Assembly: GCA_000320545.1 (NCBI GenBank)
Contig: ADNK01003131.1
Coordinates: forward strand, 1-63,622
DNA: 63,622 nt
Source of the DNA: Bigelowiella natans CCMP2755
Lineage: Eukaryota > Protista > Cercozoa
Reading direction: 5' to 3'
Made by a program: the position numbers and the translations under genes. Shown piece by piece: positions 43,442-60,475 of this stretch. The notes beneath the pieces are model-generated. The model was not told the origin of the DNA and made no database searches. It saw only the letters and a list, made by a program, of their open reading frames with translations. How positions within the stretch are numbered: position 1 is the first letter of the stretch; each line of letters starts with the position of its first letter.

Positions 43442-45155
43442 GTCTCACACATACACACACTGTTTTTTAATGATCGTCATTCTTTTCTTTTATTCTTCTT
43501 TAGGATGTTGATGAGGCATCGGTTTACTTGACTACCATCCCACAGGGAACACGGGTTGTAGGAGGATACCATTACTATATAACACATACATGAGAACTAT
43601 AATCATATATAATAACTACAAACAACTAGAATAGCCAATGGAAAAGACTCCCGACTCACTATCATATAGATCTCTTCCTTCCTTTTTCCTACTGACTTCT
43701 CCTCTACTACTACTACCATTGCCAGCAATGTTCCATATTTATGGATGGTGGTACTTCTCAGCTAATAATATGATAATAGTATCATTCATCCACAGCTGTT
43801 ATCTGAAGGGCGAGTAGGGAGAAGAGTATTCGTTAAATATGGGGGGAGGAAAGGTATTCCATCTGAAAATAATATTAATGTTGATTATAATATAATCATG
43901 ATGATAATAATGATGATGATGATGATGATGATGATATGATGATGATGCCGACGAATGATGGTGAAGTTCCTTTTCCTCGTCGTCCTCATTTTCCTCCTCC
44001 CCCTCCTCCTTGAGCATCATCATCATCATCACCATTATTCAATATACACATAAAAAATGATGATGATCGTTACCGTTATGATTAGGTTGGGTGTCTAAGT
44101 ACAGAAGTGATGCTCTCCCCTTGATGATTGCGTACAAGAATACTCCTGACAAAACCAACCGAAAACCTGGAAATAATAAACGATTAGCAGCAGGATCAGC
44201 AGGATCCTCATTAGTATCATCATCATCATCTTCTTCTTCATCTTCAAGTCATCATCATTCTGCTAGCGGTGCAACCAGTAGAAGTAGCTCGAGAAGGCCT
44301 TCTTCGATAGCTTCTAACACAACGACACCCCCTGCCACTACTAGGGTACTGGCAGTAGTAACAATAGTACTATAGTATCTTATGATTATCTCCAGCACCC
44401 CAACGTGATCATCATCATCATCAACAACAACAACAACAACAACCTCATTCTCATTCAAACGATGCTGCTAACTATGCCACTCTCCAACGTTGGAAATAAT
44501 GCTAATGACACCAACCAGGAGAACAAACGACGACGCATTCACCAAACACTGGCATGATATTCTTTATCATCATCTTCAACTGCTAGTATGGAGGGAAATA
44601 TGGTGTCAATGTACTTGGCTTCATCATCGCCTTAATGCTTACTATCCTCATCATCATCATCAGAGACCATCCAAATGGCTCAAATGGCTTCGTAAGAAAA
44701 TTACCAAATCGTCAGATACAGACGTAATCGTCAATCATCATATGGAAAATAATAATCAAAACAATAGTAATTGTAATAGTAACAATAATAATGACAATAC
44801 AAACTTACACGGAGTGCTATGTACGTAAATTATTGTGTAGTAATCTAACCAGCAGCATACAACATGCATGGATCAATACTGGCTATTAATCAACAGTGAA
44901 TGATGTGATTAGTTACTTCGTATTGGAGACCGCGTACGAGTCTTGAGGAAGACCTCAAAACTGCAGTGTGGTCAAGTAGGCACAATCGCTCACAATGATA
45001 GGGATACGAATGGAAATTGGTAATAATCATAATAAATAATACCTTCTTGTTACTACTACTATATACACTGATAGTAGTACTAGCAGCAGCAGGTAGTAGT
45101 AGCAGTAGTAGTACTCACAAAAGATGCTTGAAGATGCAAGTAAATACATACCGCA

Positions 45156-45202
<47 letters not shown>

Positions 45203-46165
45203 GTATATCGACGTTCCTACGTAGGTTTGTGGACTTCATATCCTTAGCTGATGAAGTTGAACGATGGTCACTTCCAACCGGTTTGATTGAAAAAGTACAA
45301 GAACCAGTCGATCAAGTCCTCATTGTGCAGTTTTCTCCGGAACGGTTGCTTCTTCTTCTTCTTCTTCTTTTTCTTGTTGTTGTTGTTGTTGTTGTTGTCG
45401 CTGCTCTTGTTGCTCTTGTTCTTGTGATGATTGATGATGATGAGGATGGGTGTGCTCTTACTATGATCAATGATAATGATGCAAACAATGGATATATTCC
45501 TAATAATTAAACTACTGAGCTGTCTACTAGAAACATGTACATTGAAGAGAAAGGGAGATAGAGAGGAATGTGTATGTTTGAGAATTTATTTTGTGTTCTT
45601 GTGTTGTCGTCGTATTATGATCATATAGGAAAGTTGGAATGGCATTTAATGAGGATGGATTCGTTACACAAGTAGTAGTAGTAGTAGTAGTAGTAGTGAT
45701 AGAAGTAGTCGAAGTGGTAGTAATAGTAAGTAGTAATGATGGTGGTTTTGGTATTTTTAATTTCGTGTCAAGAGCAGTTTAAATACACATTGGTTGGTTA
45801 TTTCTCAAAGATATAATTCAAGTATCTTGTCAATTTGAACGTTGTTAACGCTGAGAACAACGTCCATTACAACTTGGTTTTGAAGGTACTAGCGAAATCC
45901 CAAGCTTTTGCTAAAGGTGTTGAAATTGGAAGCCAGATTCTCAGAGTAAACGGCATGGTAGTGTTTTTTATTAAATTTATTTCTACATTATCTTCTGTTG
46001 TCTGTTTGTTCATATACGTTCTTTTATTGCGTTGATCGTTGTGTAATACCATTAAATATTTTACACCAGAAAACTAGAAGTGGTAAAGCGTTCGAAATAT
46101 TCAAACCTCACTTCAAGGACACTGATGGCTCTTGCCCGATAGTCGTAGAATTCAGTTTGTTGTGA
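32500..46165 (+). CDS. Large DENN-domain (Rab GEF) protein with three PDZ-like domains and low-complexity linkers
   Basis: uDENN: RLFDYFLVV, VASFAFPYG, FVLTSPEGSKQYG, KALVILSHHPYF. cDENN: LRALLYPLEWQSVYIPLLP...LLAPVPFFVG. dDENN: VLLSGILTGYKRY...VQTMAFGEFV. PDZ-like segments: KPMGFAF..VQKVIPGSPADIAGIRVGW; GKVGISL..VVKVDQGSQAMFKGV; KVGMAF..VTQ|VLAKSQAFAKGVEIGSQILRVNG. That this is a single gene is inferred from exon phase and the absence of an internal spacer. Confidence 0.78.
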
Positions 46166-46249
46166 GTTGTATTATTGAAAGTTTAAAAAACAGTGCAGTA
46201 TTTGATCCTAGTAGTCAGTTTATTATTAGAGGATACACAGCAATATCTA

Positions 46250-47050
46250 GATATGAAATTGCAAATAAGTCTAGTTGTGCATGCTGTATAACATTTATGC
46301 CCATGTTACCATATTAAAATGATGCATGAGAGCGGATGAATTGCATGCGCATGATTGCGTACTAGATACACACGCATAATGGTGACACAAAGCTAAGGAC
46401 GACGCACGCAGCTGCACGTACTCCTGTCTGAATCTAGCTAGCTAGAAATGCCCACAGCGTCCTTTACATCCTTGCTAATAAAATGATATTAAATGGTAAA
46501 TATTTCGGCGTCGTACACGCTAGTCAAGTGCTAGAGTGGTAGCGTGATCTAGGAACATCTAGCTTGTACAAACGTGCTAGCTAGCTAGCGTCGTCTAGTC
46601 AACGCGCGACAAACTACACTTCCTAGGTTTGTGCATCCATCGCTCAATTCATGCGAAAGGCAGTCTAGCAGTTGCAATCTGCACGACAATGAATACAATG
46701 CACAAATGTGACAGATGCCATGCTAGCATGCTAGCTTGAGCAACGAAGCGAACTAGCGAAGTCTAGAAGTACATCTAGACATGGTAGCATGTATGCGCAT
46801 TATTGAATAGTAAGTTGTCGCACGTACGACATGTAGCCGGAATGCATCCTCGCTTGCTAGCTTGCTAGCTTGCTCTAAGGCTCGTCGTAATAATTCTCCA
46901 CAAGATCGAACTGCTGCGCGTATGTGCTAGTATACCTTAACATGTTTTCAGCATGGCTTCAGCTGGGTACGTACGAGCTTTAGACTAGCTCATCGCCACA
47001 TTTCATCATAGCGGTAGTTGTTCATTTGTCTTAGTAAAACTTACAAACAA
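46250..47050. other. Convergent spacer rich in CTAG/CATG palindromes
   Basis: CATGCTAGCATG at 46719 (extended as CATGCTAGCATGCTAGC); GCTAGCTAGCTAGC near 46577; GCTTGCTAGCTTGCTAGCTTGC near 46852. Confidence 0.75.
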
Positions 47051-47270
47051 CTATAAAGTGCTGATATTCTTGCGTAGTACCATGAAAGTGTGGAGATTTT
47101 GCATGCACCATCTTGCAAATATGACAATTGAAACGTATTAGGTTTCTGATTCTGCAGCACAGAATATTCTTACTACATTCATTATTTGGACTGTACTAAA
47201 AAAAGGGACTAAACCACCACGAATAAAAGCAGAGCCCATACTCACACGAGAATGAGCAATTTTATGAGCT

Positions 47271-50707
<3,437 letters not shown>

Positions 50708-50792
50708 TTTCTTTTTTTGGATGACGAGAATTTTGCGGTAAAGTGCTCAAAAGCAAATTCTTTCCCTCCAATTTGGCTAACCCAACCCCTGG
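50708..50792. promoter_or_regulatory. Putative compact bidirectional promoter between DHFR-TS and the CEP295-like gene
   Basis: 85 nt separate the first in-frame ATG of DHFR-TS (50707) from the ATG at 50793. Confidence 0.5.
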
Positions 50793-53700
50793 ATGGCTAG
50801 CTTCAACTCCATAGCCCTGACCACTACGGAGGCTAAAGAAGTGATACGGAGTGAAAGGGTGCGATTCAAGTTGTTAGATTTCTTCATTGATAACGTATAA
50901 TTACACCGCTTACAGGCGAAAAGGAGGATTCAGCGATTGAAGCAAGTTCGCAGCCAGGAGCGCTTAATTGCAAGAAGCATAAGAGAGAGATTCAAAGCGA
51001 AGCAGGTTTATCATCCTTGGTTTCTTAAGTAATCGTAATTTGAGCAATTTTGATCACCTTCATAGGAAAGGCTACGAACTTCCGCAACTGCCAAGGTGAA
51101 AAGAGAGTGGGAAGAGTCGCAGGAGGAATTTGTTGAATCCGGCCATCAACAGTTAAGGAAATGCATGGAAACCATTGGACTTGCTCATAAAAATGCCGTT
51201 GCTTCAACAATTGCTTTGGAAAAACAAGCACAAGATGATATGAATACCTTGGAAACATGGAAATCTTTAGTTCAGAAGAGAGGGAAATATGCAATGTCGC
51301 TCATTCAGGAGAAAAAGCGTCTCGACGAGAATTCGATAAAATTAAGGAATATGTGGCGAGAGCGGGCAAGAAAGAGAGCCTTAATAGTTATGAAACAACA
51401 CAGAAAACAACAGATGCAACGAAATTCTACCCTACCAATTTCACTCATCGCTGGCAGTTTGAATAGGGAAAGCAACAGTCGATGCAGAAAATCGGGATCC
51501 AAAGCAGTCGCTTCCCAAGACTGGAATACAACCAGGCACCATTCCTTCCTTCCGTATTCTGCTCATCATGCCGCAGAGGTACACACAAGCCTCCGGAACC
51601 AGAACCAAGCAGAAATTCAGCGTTTGCGGAAGAAGAAAAGGAGAGATGCACAAAAGCGCGGACAGAAAGCCATGGCAAAGCAATTGATTGTAAAGCAAGA
51701 TGCATTTAACAAAGCTATGGAAACGTTGAGAAAGATAGACAGAGAGAAGAAGCTCCAAAAAGTTCTTCAAGATCAGGAAAAGGCGCGAAGGGATCCATCG
51801 TGGTTTTCTTCCAAACTCTATGAAGCTGCGACTGCCATTGCTGATGATTGTGAACCTGCTGTAACATGGATGAAAGACCAAAAGTCCTTAAATAACGCAT
51901 TTGAACGCCAATTTCCGCTAACAAATCTTCAGATCCTTGATTCACGAATGAAAATTTCCGAGATGGATGTTTATGATCGAAAGTGTCAACTCAATAAGGA
52001 AAACCTCGGTGTTAACTCCAAGCCGCAACATTACACCTTTGAGAAGCATAAAGAAAATAATGATGGCGATATTGAGAAACTTTCAATTGCAGAAAATTCG
52101 TCGACGAAGAATTTACCGCACCAAAACAAAAGTGCGATCCATGGGAATAGCAATAGGGAGCACATCGACGACGATGGGGATGACAAAAAGCACGATGACA
52201 ATGATTTGAATGTGCAGGATCCTGACACGGAGCTTCAATTTGAAAACCCCAATGGTTATAAAAAGGAAGCTAGCATTATTAATGAAGGCAGCACTGCGGC
52301 TGGAACAGGCCCATCAAGGACTTCTGATAAATTTAATGAAGAGAATCATCACAATGTGCTTAGGCCTGGGGAGGATGTAGAGGTAGATGAAAAGGTTCAA
52401 AATAAAGGAGCGACAATGGAGCAAGGTGGGGATGACGAAGACAATAAACAACATAATCTGGAAAAAGAAGGATCATATAGCACTCTTGGCCTCCAAGTCA
52501 CAGACCTTGTCACTGACAATGTAATATCTGATACCAACAATGCTGCAGCTTTCACCTCTAGTTCGAAAGACGAGGCTGCAGCAGCAGAAGGAGAAAGAAG
52601 AGATCATTCTCATCGAAGTCAGCACCTGCCTGCTCAGGTTAATTGAAAGGACTGAGAGACTAGACGATTTACCCTTATTCCGTTGTATATCCATCGTCGT
52701 CGTTATTGTCATGTTTGTTTTCGATGTTTCCGGCTGTGACACATCAACACTGTATGATAATTTGCATTCTCCAGGAGTCGGAAAACGTCGCTTCGTTAAC
52801 TGAATACGAGGAGTTCGGTAATGCAATCAACGAAGCGCTATCGAATTTAGAGATAATAGTGGATGGAACCAAGAAGACTAATATGATAAATGAACAAAGA
52901 GAAGAGAAAGAAATTGACGCGGTAAGAAAGGAGGGGAGGGAGGAAAAGTTGAAACGAGCTGCGGATAGTACAAGGTGGGTGGGTACCTTATAATCATAGC
53001 TTAATCATCATGCTAATAATAACTGCCCTTTCGTTTTCTATGAAATCTTTTTGGAGTCCCTAGTGCACAAAGCACGCATACATGTTTGTGTTTGCTCATC
53101 TCATGGCGGAATCATCATTATCATTACCATCACATCATCATCATCATCTTAATATCGACAACTAATCTATACAACTTCTGCATCATCAATAACAGGACAC
53201 CACCACCTACTCTTCTTTCTCCCCAGCAAGCAGCAACAATGACAACAACTGCAAACATTACATCAACAGCAGCATCGGAGGAGGCTGCTGCTTTAGGAGC
53301 GATAGTGACGGCGGCACTTGGCCCTCCTCCCCTTTCCCCACCGAACCCAACACCATGGTCTTCTGACGATGACATTGGATACGAGGCCTTTAGTATTGAA
53401 GGAGAAATAGTTGGGGATATTTCGATTAGCAGCGGGGTGACTGATGACCTTGAATTGGTGCTTACAAAAGCCCAACTTCAACTTGACGAGGAAGAGAAGA
53501 TCAATTGGGCTGCTGCTGACGATATTAGTAGCAGTAGAATAAGCCATGACAACTATGATGATGATGATGATGATGATAATGGAATTCACCACGGTAGAAG
53601 CAGCAGCAGGTCTATATCCCGATCTTATGAGAAGAAGAACAAGCATGAACCATTGCCAGGAATATCATCGATTTCTGCTACAGAAAATGATGCCGTCCAA

Positions 53701-54057
53701 CTTCTTCCAGACCCAACATTCAAGGTCATGCTGGTGGATGTACTACAAATGTTATCGTATATTTATATCTATCATTGACGCGATAATTATTGTATGCTTT
53801 TAAACACTAGATGCGCTTACATTAAGATGTTTATATATATATATATATATATTGATATATAAATACATATAAATATCTTGCTACGAAAATGGATGGATAG
53901 CGATGATTGGGAATGAGTGCCAACTTGCTTGGGTTTGATTTTATACTTTTCACCTTAGGAAGTAGAGGAAGCACTCCAGTTACTAAATTTAGACAATAAT
54001 ATCGGTAATTCACAAGAGCAACAGCAGGAGGAGGAGGAGGAGGACGCATTCACATAA
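50793..54057 (+). CDS. Coiled-coil protein with a CEP295/Ana1-like N-terminal domain (putative centriolar protein)
   Basis: The spliced N-terminus LTTTEAKEVIRSER|AKRRIQRLKQVRSQERLIARSIRE...KREWEESQ...MET-IGLAH...RARKRAL parallels the CEP295 N-terminus as I recall it (RRRKLRLLQVREQERDIALQIRE...EWEESQ...MGEGH...ARKEAL). A long acidic disordered region follows. Confidence 0.7.
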
Positions 54058-54329
54058 TATCCATGACGTAATGTCTCATCATAGACGGTCTAGTTTGTAA
54101 GGCATCGACAACAATTGTCATGCACCCTGGTCATTCATTAAAGCATTATTGAAAGCAAGGATCAGCGTACACCAGCCTTTTTATTAATTGCGAGCATTGG
54201 TGAGTACACCACAACAGATACCACTGTTTGTCAAACACATGACAAAAGCAGCGTTTATCGTCACAAAAGCGTTTACATTAGAGTTCTGATCAGCATGTAA
54301 AGTTAACGGAGTACGCTAAGTAGAGTATA

Positions 54330-55250
54330 TCTCTTTGATGCTACGTGATGCAATCAACATGCAGGAATGTTTTGGCATGGATGATGGCGCAGTCCATTGA
54401 ATGCATCATCACATCATTACAATCACACCAGCGAGATATGCACAGCCCCAATGTTCGATCAGACATCGACACACGCTAGCACGATGCAACGACGCACACA
54501 TCGGACATGCTAGCATGCCTAGATGCTGGTCCAGTGCACGCATGCAGGCTAGCAGGCTGTATCATCAAGCGCATGATGAGTAGCTTTTTTTTCGTCATGC
54601 CCCGCTTGAACGCACATTCAAAGCAATCCATGGCAGCAGAGATGTGCATCATGCCCTAGTGCCGGCCACGCGTGCGGTTTCTAGGTAGCCACAGTGACGT
54701 TATCACGTGCAGCCATGCTAGCATGTATGCTGCTAGCACACTAGCTGGCATGCACGTTATTTCAACAAAATGCTAGAATGGTTGCACCACGCATCACACC
54801 GCATGCAAATTGTTTCGCATCGCATCCATGCAACGCTTTGAACGGCAACATTGCTCTAGCACAGTAGCACAGGCAGTTTTTTAGCGCTCATTTGTTTTTC
54901 ATTCGATCTACATGATTGAATTGCAATGCGAGATCCCAGATGGTTCACCCCAGCTAGCCAGCCTCGTCGTACGTACGTGCTGCCCTTGTTGTGCGTTGAA
55001 ATGCCGTGTCATTCTTTTGAGCAAAAAACAAGCTAGCTAGCTAAGACACAAAAAAAGCAAGCTTCAGTTCCCAAATCTAAAAATGCGGATGTATGAATTC
55101 TCGGATTTTCATTTTTTTCCGTTGCTGTAGAAGAGCAATTTTTGGCTGATGCTCATTCGCATAAAAGGTTGCGCGGATTGTTGCAGTGCACGTGTGCACG
55201 TGGTATGTAAAAATATCCCATGCATGGCAATTACAAAGCAGTATAGGATG
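54330..55250. other. Convergent spacer rich in CATG/CTAG palindromes
   Basis: CATGCTAGCATG at 54506 and 54714; GCTAGCTAGCTA near 55032; GTGCACGTGTGCAC near 55186. Confidence 0.75.
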
Positions 55251-55865
55251 GACAGTATTAGATACACGTAATACGTGTATTCCAAGTGAAGGTTAGAAGC
55301 TAATTTTGGAAGCGACACACCGTATGTCCAAAATACTAATAACTGCAATTGGAAGAATGATCTCTGTGCAGTAGAAATACGGTGCATACACTTCTAAAAA
55401 CTTACACAAAGACATTGCTACTTAATTGTTTATGATTTCAAGCATACTTGATATCTTTACTATTTAATTTTTTGTTTTTAATTTTTTTCCATGTCGCAAA
55501 TTGCATTGCTTTCGTCGTAAATTTCGTCGTAATATGATATTGTAATCGTTATCGTTGTTTGGACACTATTTTAATTAATAGCTTTTGTTTCAGCATGATT
55601 GTCTCTGCCCAACCACCCACCCACATAATTCTTTGCTATCATTTCGGAGTATACACTGCATTTATCTATATTAAACCAGTGACACCCTGCTGCATAATTC
55701 TTAGTATCTTTGTATGCTCTAAAACTATCTTAATTTTTTAATACGTACCAAGTGGTAGTCAACGAGAATGTTGTTTGTTTGATCCATTATCGCCTCTGTC
55801 GTACGTCGTTCGCTGATGCATTATCCAACCCGCCCTTCACTCACTCTCTCTCTCTATCTCTGATA

Positions 55866-56120
55866 TCATCCTTCCTTAGGGCCCTTAACAACACCTATTC
55901 CCCTTATTATTTTCTCAAAATTTCTGAGAAGCTTGAAGTCGCCTACCATTTCGCTGGCCGGCAATCCAACATTATATGATCCAGATGATGATGATGATGA
56001 TGATGATGATGAGCCAACGACGACTGCCAACCCATCGAAGATATCAGCGAAGAATTTCTGAATAATCGGAAGTGTATCTCCGTTCACAGCGGCTGCTGGC
56101 GCTGATGCTGCTGCTAATTG

Positions 56121-56156
<36 letters not shown>

Positions 56157-56399
56157 CAGCAAGTGGTTAGTAGCTTCTCCTTCCCCTTCCTCACGAGCAG
56201 TCTCAAGAGCAACTTCAAAGGCCTTTCTGAACTCTGTTGGGCTAGCACGGATTGGTGCTTGGAAGTGGGCAGGGATAATCTAGATGATAAAAATCATGAT
56301 CAGTGAGAGAAGAAGAAGAAGAAGAAGAAGAAGAAGAAGAAGGAGGAGGGGGAGGAAGAGGAAAAGGAGGTAGCTGTGCGTAATGAATACAGAACGCAA

Positions 56400-56431
<32 letters not shown>

Positions 56432-56456
56432 CAGTCGTAGGAGTATCGTTATTATG

Positions 56457-56496
<40 letters not shown>

Positions 56497-56806
56497 AAAG
56501 TAGTATTGCAAGAACGACAACAACAGCAGCAACAACATTCATAATAATAATAATATTACCTTGTTAAAAGGCCATCTACAAACCTCATCAACCCACAACC
56601 TTACTGTCTTCGGTGCCTGTGAGAACACTAGCACCTATTCGATGAGGATAATGATTGGCAACAAGAGAAAAGAGAAGAAGAAGAAGAAGAAGAAAAAGAA
56701 GAAGAAGGAAGAGGAGGGGGGAAAAGGAGGAGGAGGAGGAGGGAAGAAGCTCAACAATTTGCGAATCACAATTTATTCTGTCATGAGAGATTATGATAGC
56801 ACCAAT

Positions 56807-56842
<36 letters not shown>

Positions 56843-57139
56843 CAGCATTTTAATGGCTGCTGCTGTCTGGCTCTCAACGCAAAAGGAAGGACAAAAATGA
56901 CCCTTCCATGTTCTTCTTTGCATCATATTCACTTCGCATTTCTTGTTGTCCTCTTTTTCATAACGATCATTATCATGAACCTCATCATGACTTCTACCTG
57001 GACAATTGGAGATACGAATAGTCTATTCTTGACTCGATTCCAAGAATCTTGCCATCCGTCCTCCCAAGCAAGTAAAGCTGGGTAGTCCTTTATCAACGAG
57101 GCTTGCACCTGACAACAGACAGACTCCTATTCATGAGTG

Positions 57140-57170
<31 letters not shown>

Positions 57171-57867
57171 TATCATTGTAATAAGTTCCTTCTGACTTGC
57201 TTTATTTAGTACCACGAGTAGGTACTTTGTGGGGGATGGCTGCTATTACCATTATTATTATAATAATAATTATTATTGTTATCATTATTATACATACATA
57301 TACTTCTAATGCTCAGGTTTTTGATGGTGAAAATATATTAAAACAACGCCACCACCTTTTCAGGTTGTAAAAACTGCGAGAAAAGTACTGTTTTTCCCCA
57401 TCCCTTCCTCCTAGTTGCTGTATCATCCGGTGCAGGATCTCGTACGTTATCCTGTCATTATAAATTGATTTGAATGAATAAAAAGAACACAGAATAAAGC
57501 GTGTGGTAGAGTTGAAGAACATGTAAATAACTGCATTGATTAGTATGTGAATGTGTTCAATGATAACCAGCAGAGTGGAGTTTGAATTTAAGCTCATTTA
57601 ATGTATCTTCATTTCCTCCCTCTGTTGATTGAGTCAATGTTGTATATTTGTATGGCATCATCCATCCCTGCCTACTACTACGTGAATAAATACACGCACT
57701 GCTGTACCTTTGCTCTAAACAACAGAGATTTTGGGTCTTCTTGCACAATCTCTGGAGGGTCCTCCGGAGCGAAAATAACCTTATTATTACGTATTTTTCC
57801 ATCAAGAATAGAATCATATATTACTGAGAAGGAGGAGGAGAACAGCAGGAAATTGGAAATCATACTA

Positions 57868-57911
<44 letters not shown>

Positions 57912-58299
57912 TAAATTGTTGGAAGAAACCAAATGATGTCGTTGTTGTTGTTGTTGTTGTTGTTGTGTTCATTCTTCGTCTCTATCATATCCCTAGTCTT
58001 CTTTCCCCAGCAGCGTGCCATTCATCTAAAGCTTCCACCTATCTTATCTTTCCCCCCACTTCTTCCACCTCTCCTCCTCCAAGTCCTCATCGTCATTATT
58101 ATTATTATTAATTCATTTTTTTTTCAATGGAGTTGTTGTTGTTGTTGTTGTTGTTGTTGTAGTAGTAGTAAGTACCGAATCTGTGACCATCAAAGTTCTA
58201 GTGCTTTTGTGGTAGAAGGCTGCCTCGACAAACGGTGCAAGCCCTATTATTATACACAAAATCACGCTAATTACACACACATATAACCTTATGCACACT

Positions 58300-58358
<59 letters not shown>

Positions 58359-58474
58359 CAATAATATACGACCCATCCCTTACTACCATTTTCTTACCAC
58401 CCCCCGTTTATCTCTCACCTAGGGAAAACTTTAAGATTCTGTATTCAAATTCGTCCTGAACAACACACACGCAA

Positions 58475-58513
<39 letters not shown>

Positions 58514-58620
58514 TCTGAATGATGATGATGATGATGATGATGATCGTGATGACAAAGGTTGATGATAAACCAACCGATCAATAGTAGTTAGGTATGATGA
58601 TGACAACAGGATGATAGTAA

Positions 58621-58651
<31 letters not shown>

Positions 58652-58978
58652 TAAGTATGATGATGACAACAGAATAGTAGTAGTAGTAGTAGTTGTTGTT
58701 TGGGGTTGATGTGGAAGGAGATCATTGGCTGCTGTCATGTGTGTATTGTAGTTGTTGTTGTTTGGGGTTGATGTGGAAGGAGATCATTGGCTGCTGTCAT
58801 GTGTGTATTGTAGTTGTTGTTGTTTGGGGTTGATGTGGAAGGAGATCATTGGCTGCTGTCATGTGTGTATTGTTCGACATTGGGAGTAGACGAAGCGCAA
58901 TATCTTGGTCATTACTATCACTACCACCACCACCACATCATTAATACTACTACTGCTAACATGTGTACTACTACCACC

Positions 58979-59010
<32 letters not shown>

Positions 59011-59614
59011 ACCTTCCAAGGCGCAACACATTCATCAGGGTTAACAGGTAATATCTTAGCCCGACGAGGCCATAATCCAAGAAATGACAGTGGAAGATTC
59101 AATGGAAAGCTCCACTACAATGAAGGAACATAAGGGATGGTAACAAGCAGGGCAAAGATGGGTGCTGATGATGATGATGATAGTTTGCATATTTCCATTC
59201 ATATGTAGCTTCAGCTACTACTACTATTACTACTACTACTTCTACTATAACTTAATGTGTGAATATACGTCATTGTCTTTGCCGTAGTTGTAGTCATAGT
59301 CGTCGTTTTTAATAAATAATAAGACTTGTAAGACGCATTATTATTATTATTGTCATTATTATTACATGTGTGCAAGCATCATCATCATCATCATCATCAT
59401 CATCATATTTCGTCTGTCTTAGGGTTATTGATCGGTAATGATGTGCTACCAACACACAATTGCTACTACTCCTCCTCCTCCTCCTCCTCCTCCTCCTACT
59501 ACTACTACTACTACTACAACTGTAATCTAAAACCTGCCCTGGCGCGACATATAGCTCTGCTTCCCTGAACTTCTTTGCAAAAGGACCGAAAAATACCTTG
59601 TGCTCAACTGATAG

Positions 59615-59649
<35 letters not shown>

Positions 59650-60423
59650 CACACACACGCATACGTTTATTCAGGGCCAAGGAAGGTGATACTAATATGT
59701 TGTTGTACTCTTGTCAATTACTACTACTACTGCTACTACTACTACTACTAGTACATTATCTGAATAATCACCTGCAGTTGTGGGAAGAATGATGTGTTTG
59801 ACGGATCCAAATCTTTTTTCTAAATCCCTCATCTGCTCGTTATCATCATCATTATCATCATCATCATCATGATAATATGATGATATGGAAACTGATTACT
59901 ACCATATCGATGCATTGGGGTGTTGCTGCAATCGGAGAGTACACTAACAGCCCTCCATCCTTTAAGACCACCACCTGATGATGAGCAATACCATGAATCA
60001 TGATGATTCTGTTGATAATTCTGATGTTACTGATCGATTACGGATTAGCCTGCTAATATTATCAAATTACAACAGCAGCTGTATGTATGTATGTATGCAG
60101 CATGCAGGATGATAGCTCACTACTACTACTACTAGTACCGTCATCCGTATGTTCACGAGTACATCAAGAGTGCCAAATTTCTGCTCAAATCTGAGATTGG
60201 AGTCGGTCGGTCGTAAGAGCAAATAATTAGTGAAGGTGTGGAAAGAAGAAGGAGCAAGCAAGCAAGCAAGCGTCGTCATACGTAACCAACCAAACAGCAC
60301 CATCACAAACGCTAGATTCAACATTTCGAAGAAGAAGAAGAAAAGGATTCCACTATGTATATATATTGAACATCTAAGCCAATATGACTATTGTCAAACT
60401 TAATAGCAAACACGCACACACAT

Positions 60424-60475
<52 letters not shown>

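Noticed and set aside
58689-58873. Possible CRISPR-like array
   Set aside because: The units are contiguous with no unique spacers, lie in a eukaryotic intron, and no cas genes are present.
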